Shown piece after piece: positions 18,952 through 28,197 of a stretch of 64,000 bases of DNA. Below the pieces are notes generated by a model. The model was not told the DNA's origin. It ran no database searches and worked only from the letters and a program-made list of their open reading frames with translations. Position 1 is the stretch's first letter. Each line of letters starts with the position of its first letter. The stretch comes from an uncultured Smithella sp. (GTDB taxonomy: Bacteria > Desulfobacterota > Syntrophia > Syntrophales > Smithellaceae): positions 4,550 to 68,549 of the forward strand of contig CAYUDM010000008.1 in the NCBI GenBank assembly GCA_964443625.1. The letters are read 5' to 3'. Made by a program: the position numbers and the translations under genes.

Positions 18952-21861
18952 TCAGACCTGTGTCATCAACTCCTTGATGCGACGGGCCAGTTCGCTCATG
19001 GAAAAAGGTTTTTGAATGAACTGCACGCCTTCTTCGAGAACGCCGTGATGGAGAATCACATTGGACGTGTAGCCGGACATGAAAAGAACCTTCAGCTCGG
19101 GACGGATGACCCTCAAACGGTCGCGCAGCTCTCTGCCGCCCATCTGAGGCATGACCACATCGGAAAGGACCAGGTCGATCGGCGCGGATCCTTTTTCACA
19201 AATCGACAAGGCTTCAACGGCGGAGGCTGCGGCAATGACCATATAGCCCATCGCCTCGAGCATATCCGTCACCATTTTAAGGACCATTTCGTCGTCTTCA
19301 ACCAGAAGAATCGTGCCGGTTCCCGGTTTGACCGGCTCGGACACGACGGGTTGAATCTCGGCGGGTCCGTCGATTTTCGGCAGGTAGATCTTAAAGGCAC
19401 TGCCTTGCCCGGGTTCGCTGTACACGCTGATGAATCCATTATTCTGCTTCACAATCCCGTAAACGGTGGCCAGCCCCAGACCGGTTCCCTTGCCGATATC
19501 CTTTGTGGTGAAAAAAGGTTCGAATACGTAAGGAAGATTGCGGTTGTCGATCCCCGTTCCGTTGTCCGTCACGGTCAAAAGCACATAGGCGCCCGGTTCG
19601 CACTCAAGATGCTGCCGGCAAAACGCTTCGTCTAAAAAGGCGTTGGACGTTTCCACCGTCAGCTTGCCCCCGGTCGGCATCGCGTCGCGGGCATTGACGG
19701 CCAGATTCATCAAGATCTGTTCGGCCTGCAGCGGATCGAATTTGATCGTCCAGAGATCGGGGGCCGGATAAAACGCAAACTCGATGTGCTCGCCGATCAG
19801 ACGGGCAATCGCTTTTTGCGCTTCCATAATCAGGCGGTTGAGGTTGACGGGGCGGGGAGAAATAATCTGCTTTCGGGAAAAGGCCAGAAGCTGAGCGGTG
19901 AGATCCCGGGAGCGTTCGGCGGCCTTTCCGATCTCCAGAATATCTCCGTAGAGCGTCTGATCCGGAGTCAGACGGAGCTTGCCCAGATCAACATACCCCA
20001 GGATCACGTTGAGCATGTTGTTGAAATCATGCGCCACGCCGCCGGCCAGGCGTCCTACGGTTTCGAGTCTTTGCATCTGAAGGAGCTGTTTTTCAAGATG
20101 CTCCTTTTCCAGGGCCGCCTTCTTTCGTTCACTGATATTTCGCCCGGCCAGCAAAATGCTCATCGGCCGGCCGGCTTCATCCCGGTTAAAGCTGGCCGTC
20201 ATCTCCAGCCATACCGTGCCGCCGTCCTTGCGGTAGATCTCAACCTCGAAAGTCCGGCTGCGATTCGGATCGACCGGCTCGCCGCTTTGCTCTTTCGACA
20301 ACTCTTCGGCTAAAATAGCGGCGGTTCGCTCGAGAGATTCGGGGGTGAGCTGCCGGTCAATCGGAATACGCATGATCTCTTCCGGCGTGTAACCGGTTAT
20401 CTTGATTTCCGAAGGACTCTGATATAGATAATTCAAGTTCATATCGAGCACGGAAATCGTATCCTGCATATTTTCCACGATCATGCGGTAGCGCCGTTCG
20501 CTTTCCCGAAGGGCCTCCTCCACTTTTTTGCGCTGTGTGATGTCCCGGCCGATGAACATGATTTCCTGCGGCCTGCCCTGATCATCCCGATTAAATGAAG
20601 CCGTGACTTCCTGCCAGATATTGTGCCCGCGCTTATGACGCATTTCCAGTTCCAGCGTCACGGAGCGATTCGGATCGACCGGCTCGCCGCTTTGCTCCCG
20701 CTCGAGTTCTCTTGCTAAAACGCCGAAGGCACGTTCAAAGGATTCGGGGGTGAGAACTTCCTGAAGCGGCAGATGCATGATTTCTTCCGGCGTGTAACCG
20801 GTGACCCGGATTTCCGAAGGACTCTGATAGGTGTAGTTGAGATTTAAATCCATCGTCCAGATCGTGTCGTGCATATTTTCCACGATCATGCGGTATCTGG
20901 CCTCGCTTTCGCGCAGGGCGTCGAGCGTTCGCTTTTTCTGCGTGACATCCCAGGTGAGAACCCTGAAGCCGCAAGCGGCGCCCGCCTCGTCGCGTTTGAG
21001 CGCGGCGTTGATTTGATAAGACCGGATCTCGCCGTTTTTGAGCATAATGTCGTGATCGAGTCGGAGGTGGGGGCGACCGGATTCATAAATGTGCCGAAAC
21101 ACCCGGTAGGCTTCTTCCGCCTCAGTGGGAAAATGATACTCCCGATAATTCAGACCGATCAATTCGTCGAGCCGGCAGTCAAACATTTTGCAGGCTGCTT
21201 CATTGGCAAATGTGATGTTTCCTTTGAGGTCGTATTCGAAATAAGCCTCCTCCATGATGTCGAGAATCGTCCGGTAGCGTTCCTCGCTTTCACGAAGCTC
21301 CCGCTCCGTGCGCTTCCGGTCCGAAATATTCCGCACGACACCGCGGAATCCCACCGGACGCCCGTCGTCATCGCACAGCAACGCCACGGACGACTCGACG
21401 TCCATCAGGCTTTGATCCTTTCGCAGGAAGCGCCATTCCAGACCCGTGACGGGATTGCCGGTCTCATAGACGCGATGGAACGCCTCGAGAACTTTGCCGG
21501 CGTTTTCCACGTCCATAAAGTTACGGAAATTGCCTCCGCGCAGGTCATCGCTTTGGTAACCAAGCTCCCGGCTGGCACGGTCGTTGAAGAAGAGAATATT
21601 CCCTTTAAGGTCGACTTCGAAATAGGATTCCTGAATACTGTCGAGAATGTTGCGGTAACGTCTTTGCCCGTCGTCGGGTTTCGGGCAGGCAACCGACCCG
21701 GAGACGCACAGGCCGATCAGATCGTTGACGGCAAGAGCCAGCGCGTCGAGTTCATCGTGGCGATCGGAAAGCTCAACCGTTGCCGTGGCGTCGCCCGTTG
21801 CAGCCCGCCGCACCGAGTCGATCATGGAGGTGATGCGTTGTTTTTGAGTTTTTGAAGTCAT
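18952..21861 (-). CDS. cytoplasmic hybrid histidine kinase (HAMP-like, 4xPAS, HisKA, HATPase, REC)
   Basis: GGVAHDFNN H-box, NLAVNARDAM, GTGLGLA, C-terminal REC (LLVEDD, SDVVMP, QKPF). Confidence 0.93.
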   Translation of the reverse strand: MTSKTQKQRITSMIDSVRRAATGDATATVELSDRHDELDALALAVNDLIGLCVSGSVACPKPDDGQRRYRNILDSIQESYFEVDLKGNILFFNDRASRELGYQSDDLRGGNFRNFMDVENAGKVLEAFHRVYETGNPVTGLEWRFLRKDQSLMDVESSVALLCDDDGRPVGFRGVVRNISDRKRTERELRESEERYRTILDIMEEAYFEYDLKGNITFANEAACKMFDCRLDELIGLNYREYHFPTEAEEAYRVFRHIYESGRPHLRLDHDIMLKNGEIRSYQINAALKRDEAGAACGFRVLTWDVTQKKRTLDALRESEARYRMIVENMHDTIWTMDLNLNYTYQSPSEIRVTGYTPEEIMHLPLQEVLTPESFERAFGVLARELEREQSGEPVDPNRSVTLELEMRHKRGHNIWQEVTASFNRDDQGRPQEIMFIGRDITQRKKVEEALRESERRYRMIVENMQDTISVLDMNLNYLYQSPSEIKITGYTPEEIMRIPIDRQLTPESLERTAAILAEELSKEQSGEPVDPNRSRTFEVEIYRKDGGTVWLEMTASFNRDEAGRPMSILLAGRNISERKKAALEKEHLEKQLLQMQRLETVGRLAGGVAHDFNNMLNVILGYVDLGKLRLTPDQTLYGDILEIGKAAERSRDLTAQLLAFSRKQIISPRPVNLNRLIMEAQKAIARLIGEHIEFAFYPAPDLWTIKFDPLQAEQILMNLAVNARDAMPTGGKLTVETSNAFLDEAFCRQHLECEPGAYVLLTVTDNGTGIDNRNLPYVFEPFFTTKDIGKGTGLGLATVYGIVKQNNGFISVYSEPGQGSAFKIYLPKIDGPAEIQPVVSEPVKPGTGTILLVEDDEMVLKMVTDMLEAMGYMVIAAASAVEALSICEKGSAPIDLVLSDVVMPQMGGRELRDRLRVIRPELKVLFMSGYTSNVILHHGVLEEGVQFIQKPFSMSELARRIKELMTQV

Positions 21862-22103
21862 TCGGTCACATCCGTCGCCGGAGTTGAGGTTTCTTGCGAC
21901 AGGAAGCACCTGAGGGCCAGGACGTCCGTGTCACTGCATCGTGTGGTTCCGGTTGATTTATAGTCCGTTCCCCGGATACTGTCAAGCCCCCAAGCTGCAG
22001 TCGGCCGCCTGAGTATGCAATATCCATTTGACAGGTCGAATGCGTCCGCCTATACTTGACCAAAAAAGCGGTCCGGCCACCGGCCGGATCCCGGAAAGAT
22101 TTC

Positions 22104-22865
22104 ATGTTCAATCGTCTGGTCAGCGTTTTATTCCTGGTTATCGTGGCGATCACCTCCATCCCTTTTTATCTGATCGCTTTGTTGATCCGCGGCGTCACTT
22201 TTCCTTTCGACCGCAAGCTCAGGGCGCTTCATCTTTTCACCTGCTTCTGGGCGTCTGTTTACACCTGGCTCATGCCGGCCTGGCACATCCGCATAGAGGG
22301 ACGGGAAAACGTCCGCCGGGACGCGGCCTACGTGGTGGTCTCCAACCATCAGTCGCAGTTGGATATCCTGGTGGCCTTCCGGCTGTTTTTCCATTTCAAA
22401 TGGGTTTCTAAAATCGAGATGTTTCGCGTTCCGCTCATCGGCTGGAACATGAGGCTCAACCGCTACATCGGGCTCAAGCGCGGCGATCGCAAAAGCGTCG
22501 AACAAATGCTCGAGGAGTGCAAAAGACGGCTCCGAGAAGGCAGCTCCATCTTCATGTTTCCCGAGGGCACCCGTTCACCCGATGGAGAGGTTAAGGCCTT
22601 TAAGCCCGGCGCCTTTCAACTGGCCCTGGAACAAAAAGCGCCCATCCTGCCCGTCGTCATCAGCGGCACCAACCGCGCGCTGCCGAAATACACGATGAAC
22701 TTCACCGGAGTAAAAAAAATCTACATCAGAATTTTCGAGGAGATTCCCTACTCGTCTTTCGCGGGTTTAAGCGTGGAGGAACTGTCCGACCGCGTTCGCG
22801 CTCTGATTATGGACAAACTGCAGGAAATGAATACCTACACGGAGCCGGATGAACAGGGCCGTTAA
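22104..22865 (+). CDS. plsC: 1-acyl-sn-glycerol-3-phosphate acyltransferase family
   Basis: NHQSQLD and FPEGTRS motifs. Confidence 0.85.
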   Translation: MFNRLVSVLFLVIVAITSIPFYLIALLIRGVTFPFDRKLRALHLFTCFWASVYTWLMPAWHIRIEGRENVRRDAAYVVVSNHQSQLDILVAFRLFFHFKWVSKIEMFRVPLIGWNMRLNRYIGLKRGDRKSVEQMLEECKRRLREGSSIFMFPEGTRSPDGEVKAFKPGAFQLALEQKAPILPVVISGTNRALPKYTMNFTGVKKIYIRIFEEIPYSSFAGLSVEELSDRVRALIMDKLQEMNTYTEPDEQGR

Positions 22866-23986
22866 CTGCTTTTCATCACCAACGCACCCAATTTTTCCTG
22901 TCGAATCTGCATCAGACGTTTTTTGAGCGATACGATCGTCACCGCATCCCGATGAAGGTCGGCGTACTCGGCAGGCGGCGCGATGCCTCTCGCTTCGAAG
23001 AAATGATCGACATTGGCCAGAAAATCGGCCGCCAGGCGCACGAAAGTCACCAAAAGCCCCATGGAGGAAGCTCTGCCGCGGTCGAGCCGCTGGGCGGCCT
23101 CGTAAGCCATCGCCCGCAGGGTTTGCAGGCTCGCGCTCAGGGTTCCGATTTCGGAAAGAAGGGTGTTGTCGGGCTCGCCGGTTTGACGGCGCACGGTTGC
23201 AACCAGCATGGACAGTTCCGCGGCCATCGCCCCCACTGCGGCTCCCATCATGACGACGTCTTCCATATCGCCGACCGGAACGACCATGTCGCGCCAGGCG
23301 CTTCCGACTTCACCGAGAATGGATCGCTTCGACACCACGCAATCCTGAAGCACGATGCCGCCGTGCGGCGAGGGTTTCAAAAAATTCATGGGCATCTGCC
23401 GGGTCACCGCCAGACCGTCGATATTGCGTGGAACGATAAAGGCGGTGAATTTCTTCTGCGCCGGCTCGGGGTCCGTCACAGCCACGACGATGAACACGCC
23501 GGCGATGGGTCCATTGGTGAGATAGGTTTTTTCGCCGTTTAGCACATAGACGCGATCTTTCTTTTCCGCCCGGGTGGCAAGCATCTTGGGATGCGCGCCC
23601 CGTCCCGGTTCGGACACGGCAAACGATAAAGTGATTTTGCCATCCGCCAACGCCCGCAGGTATTGTTTTCTCTGATTGGGAGTCCCGAAGACGCTCAGCA
23701 GATAATGGGCCAGTATCTGCTGATACAGCCATGAGACGGCCAGTCCCAGATTGAACCCGTTTTTTACAAAGACTTCGCCCGCCTGCGACAGGGCCAGATA
23801 GCCGCCGTCGACGCCGCCGTACATCTCAGTGATGCCGATTTTGAACAGCCCCGCTTCGCCCATCTTCCGCCAGATGTCGGCGGGAAAGTCCTGTCCGGTC
23901 TGCAGATCGGGACGGCCGGCGACATGCGTGGACGCGAACGCGGCAATATTCGCCAAGACTTCATCCTGGAGATTCTTCTTCATCAT
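22862..23986 (-). CDS. acyl-CoA dehydrogenase family protein (atypical C-terminus)
   Basis: FAVSEPGRGAH, LNGEKTYLTNG; the usual C-terminal GGxG and IxEG motifs are not recognisable. Confidence 0.75.
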   Translation of the reverse strand: MMKKNLQDEVLANIAAFASTHVAGRPDLQTGQDFPADIWRKMGEAGLFKIGITEMYGGVDGGYLALSQAGEVFVKNGFNLGLAVSWLYQQILAHYLLSVFGTPNQRKQYLRALADGKITLSFAVSEPGRGAHPKMLATRAEKKDRVYVLNGEKTYLTNGPIAGVFIVVAVTDPEPAQKKFTAFIVPRNIDGLAVTRQMPMNFLKPSPHGGIVLQDCVVSKRSILGEVGSAWRDMVVPVGDMEDVVMMGAAVGAMAAELSMLVATVRRQTGEPDNTLLSEIGTLSASLQTLRAMAYEAAQRLDRGRASSMGLLVTFVRLAADFLANVDHFFEARGIAPPAEYADLHRDAVTIVSLKKRLMQIRQEKLGALVMKSS

Positions 23987-23988
23987 CC

Positions 23989-25377
23989 TTATACAACCAG
24001 TTCTTCGATAAACGTCAAAAGTTGATTCACATTGCCGCACGACCGCACTTCATGGCAATGCGGCATATAGGCCTTCATTTCGCTGTCGCCGGTCCCCCAC
24101 AGATGATCCGGTTCGGGGTTGAGCCAGATCACGCGCCGGCACCGCTCCCGCATTTTACCCAGAAGGGCATCTTCGGGGTGCATATAATTTGAACGGCCGT
24201 CCCCGACGATGATCAGCGTGGTTTTGGGCGTGAGCAAGTGCATATAGTCTCTTTGAAAATGACGCAACGTCTCACCGTAATCGGTCGGCGCGGAAAAATG
24301 GATGTCCGCCTCTTCCATGATGATCCGGATGGCATCGGCGATGTCATGTTCGTCGAAAATTCCTCCCACATCCGTCAGGGCGTCCACAAACACAAAACTC
24401 TCCACGCGGTCAAAACAGTCCTGCAGCGAGTACAGAAGATTCAGCAAAAACCTCGCCGCGGCCCAGACGGAGCCTGACACATCGCACAGGGTGACGATCC
24501 GGCTCTTGCGCCGGACCTTTTTGCGGCAGCGGATATCCAAAGGTACGCCGCCAAATCGTGCCGAGGCTCTCAGCGTTTTTTTCACATCCAGCGCGCCCCG
24601 GTCGCGCACCGCGTATCGGCGGCTGATGATGTCTTTGAGTTTACGCACCAGTCTGTCGATGGCTTCGCGCATCTGTTCCAGTTCGGCCTGTGTAAAAGAC
24701 GAAAACGATCTGTCTCCGAGTTCCCGCAGATGCTGCTGATAGGTTTTCACCCGGGGCGACACGGGGACGGGCGCCTGACCTTCGAGCATCAGCAGATAGC
24801 GGGCGACGTCCAGACGCCGGCTGAAATCCGTCAGCACATCGCTTTGGTTTTGCCGGTCCAGATCGGACATGCTTTCCTGTCGGAGCAGATCAAGCGCCTG
24901 GCCGGCCTGCGTGATCTGCATCAGAATATTGAAGCGCACCGCCAGCGGTCCGAAATTAAAACGGCTGGCCGCGCCCTGCCCGTCAGAGGCCTCGTCAATC
25001 CGCTGCAGCTCCCGAAGATACTGCTGCGGTGAACCGCCGAGGAAATCGGCAACCGCGTCGAAAACGGGTGACTCATTGGAGAAACGCTTTTTGAGAATCT
25101 CCGCGGCGCGGGCGGCGGCCGCGGCCCGCTCGGGCGTCTGAACACCAAGATGCGCATCGAGCCGCATCTGATGAAAAAAAAGATCATACACCCGCTCGAA
25201 AAGCGCATCCTCCTTCACGCTTTTGGCGAAGTTCGCCTTGAGCGCGGCGCGAAATTGTCTTTCATTCAACGGATCGATCAGGCGCAACTGCTTTAAAGCA
25301 TCGAGCACTTCCGCCGTGGAAACCCGCATCCCCGAGGCCCGCAGACAAGAGGCAAACTGCCGCGTCAGCTCAAGCAT
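23989..25377 (-). CDS. VWA domain protein (CoxE-like)
   Basis: LRASGMRVS N-terminus, DVSGS MIDAS, TDYG, GDGRSN, WLNPEP. Confidence 0.9.
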   Translation of the reverse strand: MLELTRQFASCLRASGMRVSTAEVLDALKQLRLIDPLNERQFRAALKANFAKSVKEDALFERVYDLFFHQMRLDAHLGVQTPERAAAAARAAEILKKRFSNESPVFDAVADFLGGSPQQYLRELQRIDEASDGQGAASRFNFGPLAVRFNILMQITQAGQALDLLRQESMSDLDRQNQSDVLTDFSRRLDVARYLLMLEGQAPVPVSPRVKTYQQHLRELGDRSFSSFTQAELEQMREAIDRLVRKLKDIISRRYAVRDRGALDVKKTLRASARFGGVPLDIRCRKKVRRKSRIVTLCDVSGSVWAAARFLLNLLYSLQDCFDRVESFVFVDALTDVGGIFDEHDIADAIRIIMEEADIHFSAPTDYGETLRHFQRDYMHLLTPKTTLIIVGDGRSNYMHPEDALLGKMRERCRRVIWLNPEPDHLWGTGDSEMKAYMPHCHEVRSCGNVNQLLTFIEELVV

Positions 25378-25417
25378 GGCTTTGTCAATCCGGTACGCAT
25401 TCGTCTTCCTCCGCCGG

Positions 25418-26326
25418 TCAACCGGCCGTCGCGAACAGTTTACTTTTCACCTTTTCCAGATCCTGCTGATACTTGCAGACGACATTGAGCGTCGAGACGA
25501 TCATCTCCGGCGACAGATCATGCACCTGAAGGGCCAGAAGCGATTGAGCCCAGTCGAGCGTTTCGGAAATGCTGGGACTTTTTTTCAAATCCAGCTTGCG
25601 GATCTTGCCGATAGCGTCCAAAAGCGAGCCGAGCAGCGCTTCTTCAATGTCCGGTATTTTCAACCGGACGATGGCCATCTCGGTGTCCCGTTCCGGATAA
25701 TCGATGTACAGATGCACACAGCGCCTTTTCAGCGCGTCGCTCATATCCCGGTAATTATTCGACGTTAACAGCACAAAAGGAATATGCACCGCGCGGCGCG
25801 TTCCCAACTCCGGGATGGACACCTGAAAGTCGCTCAGGAGCTCCAGCAGAAACGCTTCAAATTCGGGATCGGACTTGTCCACTTCATCAAGCAGCAAGAC
25901 GACGGGTCGCTCCGAACTGATGGCCTTCAGAAGCGGCCTGGCCACGATGAAACGCTCGGAAAAGAAAGCGTCTTCCTGCGCGGCAATGGCATCGACCGCT
26001 TCGGTGAGCGTCGCGGTGGTGCAGATAATGTCATGAATGCGGTCCTTGACCATCTGCGTATAAAGAAGCTGTTTGGCGTATTCCCATTCATAGAGCGCCT
26101 TGGATTCATCAAGCCCTTCGTAGCACTGCAGGCGAATCAGCTCGCGATCAAGGCTTCTGGCCACGGCTTTGGCCAGTTCGGTCTTTCCGACCCCGGCCGG
26201 ACCTTCTACTAAAACGGGTTTTTGCGTGGCCTGGGCCAGAAACACAACAGTGGCAATTTCCTGCGAGGGTATGTAGCCTGCCCCGATCAGTTTGCGCCGT
26301 GTGTCTTCCACATCACGGTAGTCCAT
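25418..26326 (-). CDS. MoxR family AAA+ ATPase (CoxD-like)
   Basis: EGPAGVGKTE, RLQCYEG, LLLDEVDK, DALKRRC; start at MDYRD. Confidence 0.92.
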   Translation of the reverse strand: MDYRDVEDTRRKLIGAGYIPSQEIATVVFLAQATQKPVLVEGPAGVGKTELAKAVARSLDRELIRLQCYEGLDESKALYEWEYAKQLLYTQMVKDRIHDIICTTATLTEAVDAIAAQEDAFFSERFIVARPLLKAISSERPVVLLLDEVDKSDPEFEAFLLELLSDFQVSIPELGTRRAVHIPFVLLTSNNYRDMSDALKRRCVHLYIDYPERDTEMAIVRLKIPDIEEALLGSLLDAIGKIRKLDLKKSPSISETLDWAQSLLALQVHDLSPEMIVSTLNVVCKYQQDLEKVKSKLFATAG

Positions 26327-26412
26327 AGACGATGCCTTCCTTCCTTGATTTATGCCATATACCAATCGCAAAGCATTATCAAGGACGGCCATGCCCCGTG
26401 CCGGAAAAACCA

Positions 26413-26442
26413 TTGACATGATAAAAATATCCGTGCTAGGGG
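26413..26442 (+). promoter_or_regulatory. possible sigma70 promoter for the decarboxylase gamma/beta genes
   Basis: Perfect TTGACA at 26413-26418, but only a weak -10 (TG-C-TAGGGG). Confidence 0.4.
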
Positions 26443-26573
26443 CTCATGGAAGTTTAATCACTTGCTTTTTTGCATACGCCGTCACCTGATAAGCGCGGCA
26501 GTCACGCCCCCTAGCTTCACTTAACAGTTGCCCACGTTTGCACGACGCCCACGAAAGGAGGCTCCTTTTAGCG

Positions 26574-26711
26574 ATGATCGACACAGGCTTGGCTTTAAAA
26601 ATTGCCGGCGGTGGGTTCGGCGTGGTTTTCATGCTCCTGATCCTGCTTTGGTTTTCCATCTGGCTGACTAAGGTCGTCACGGAAAAAATTACAAAAATGA
26701 AGAACAACTAA
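26574..26711 (+). CDS. OadG/GcdD-like single-TM subunit of a Na+-translocating decarboxylase (45 aa)
   Basis: Below the ORF-track cutoff. MIDTGLALKIAGGGFGVVFMLLILLWFSIWLTKVVTEKITKMKNN; AGGAGG upstream; GFGVVFxxL pattern; directly precedes the beta subunit. Confidence 0.8.
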   Translation: MIDTGLALKIAGGGFGVVFMLLILLWFSIWLTKVVTEKITKMKNN

Positions 26712-26745
26712 GACAGACGGCTCAAGCGGTCTGTCTTTATTTTAT
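26711..26745 (+). terminator. terminator-like hairpin between the gamma-like and beta genes
   Basis: agacagac-g-gc-tcaa-gc-g-gtctgtct followed by ttatttta. Confidence 0.6.
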
Positions 26746-26758
26746 CGGAGGAACCCGC

Positions 26759-28102
26759 GTGTTTGGCCTTTTAGAAAGTGGATTTCAGTTTTTTACCTGG
26801 GGCAATGCCCTGATGCTGGTGATCGGCCTTGTGCTGATCTATCTCGCCATCGGAAAGAAAATGGAGCCTCTTTTGCTCTTGCCCATCGGATTTGCCATCA
26901 TGCTGGTGAATCTGCCGATGGGTGGCCTGATGGACTATGAGTACGAACTCAAGGCCACCCAACCGGGCGTGATCCAAAGCGTCGCCGTCTCAGAAGGCCG
27001 TCCGTTTGATACGGAGGCCGTTATCGTCCAGATGGATTCCGGCCCTGTCACGTCACCCGTTCACGGGCGCGTCAAAGATCTGAAAATCCGCGACGGACAG
27101 GCCGTCCAACCCGGCGACGTCATCGCCGTCATCCTGACGACTCAGCAGACCAATCAAACGGAAATCCCCACGAAACCCGTCGGACTGCTCTCCATCTTCT
27201 TCTCATTCGGCATTATGTGGCAGATTCTGCCGCCCCTCATCTTTCTGTGTTTGGGCGCGCTCACGGACTTCGGCCCCATGCTGGCCAATCCCAAAACGCT
27301 TCTTCTGGGCGCGGCGGCCCAATTCGGCGTGTACTTTGCGTTCTTTTTGTCTATTTTGGTCGGCTTTTCCCTTCCGGAGGCCGCCTCCATCGGTATCATC
27401 GGAGGCGCCGAAGGACCGACGACGATCTATGTGACGGCACAGCTGGCGCCGCATATCATCGGGGCCACGGCGGTGGCCTGTTACTCCTACATGGCTTTGG
27501 TCCCGGTTATCCTGCCGCCCGTTATCAAATTGCTGACAACAAAAAAAGAGCGGGCCATTTACATGAAACCCAAGCTTCGGGAGGTATCGAAGATTGAAAG
27601 GATTCTGTTCCCGATCGTCTCCGCCGTGGTGGTGATCATCTTCGTTCCGGCATCGGCGCCGCTGATCGGATGCTTGATGCTGGGAAACCTTTTCCGGGAA
27701 AGCGGCGTCGTCGAGCGTCTGAGCGCTACCGCCCAGACCGTTTTCATCGACGTCATGACCATCATCCTGACGCTCGCCATCGGCGGCACGATGGCAGCGG
27801 AAAATTTCCTTCAGGTCAAAACCTTGATGATTCTAGGGCTGGGAGTGGTTTCGTTTGCCAGTGCGGCGGCGGCCGGTATTCTGCTTGCAAAAATCATGAA
27901 TCTGTTTTTGAAGGAGAAAATTAATCCCATGATCGGCGCGGCGGGCGTTTCGGCAGTGCCGATGTCCGCGCGGGTGGTCCAGGTTCTGGGTCAGAAAGAA
28001 AACAAGAAAAACTTTCTGCTGATGCACGCCATGGGCCCCAATGTCGCAGGCGCGATCGGCGCGGCGATCGCAGGCGGCGTGTTCATCGGAATTCTCGGCT
28101 AA
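26759..28102 (+). CDS. Na+-translocating decarboxylase beta subunit (OadB/GcdB/MmdB family) with an inserted biotinyl-fold-like domain
   Basis: EPLLLLPIGF, TDFGP, IGIIGGA(E)GPT, YSYM, NPMIGAAGVSAVPMSAR, MHAMGPNVAG; GTG start with GGAGG RBS. Confidence 0.93.
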   Translation: MFGLLESGFQFFTWGNALMLVIGLVLIYLAIGKKMEPLLLLPIGFAIMLVNLPMGGLMDYEYELKATQPGVIQSVAVSEGRPFDTEAVIVQMDSGPVTSPVHGRVKDLKIRDGQAVQPGDVIAVILTTQQTNQTEIPTKPVGLLSIFFSFGIMWQILPPLIFLCLGALTDFGPMLANPKTLLLGAAAQFGVYFAFFLSILVGFSLPEAASIGIIGGAEGPTTIYVTAQLAPHIIGATAVACYSYMALVPVILPPVIKLLTTKKERAIYMKPKLREVSKIERILFPIVSAVVVIIFVPASAPLIGCLMLGNLFRESGVVERLSATAQTVFIDVMTIILTLAIGGTMAAENFLQVKTLMILGLGVVSFASAAAAGILLAKIMNLFLKEKINPMIGAAGVSAVPMSARVVQVLGQKENKKNFLLMHAMGPNVAGAIGAAIAGGVFIGILG

Positions 28103-28123
28103 GACAAAAGCGCTTGTGCGCCT

Positions 28124-28173
28124 TCATCAAAAAGGGGTTTGGCAACCTGTGTTTCCAAATCCCTTTTTGATGA
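28124..28173. terminator. bidirectional intrinsic terminator
   Basis: catcaaaaaggggtttgg ... ccaaatccctttttgatg, 18-bp stem with one G-U pair. Confidence 0.85.
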
Positions 28174-28197
28174 TCCGGTCCATTCCGGCACATACAG

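Noticed and set aside
26449-26573. Na+ (DUF1646) or c-di-GMP riboswitch in the leader of the decarboxylase genes
   Set aside because: I could not match the consensus by eye; an Infernal/Rfam search is needed.
26939-27136. Calling the insert in the beta subunit a functional biotin carrier
   Set aside because: There is no AMKM motif and no Lys at the hairpin position, so biotinylation is unlikely.
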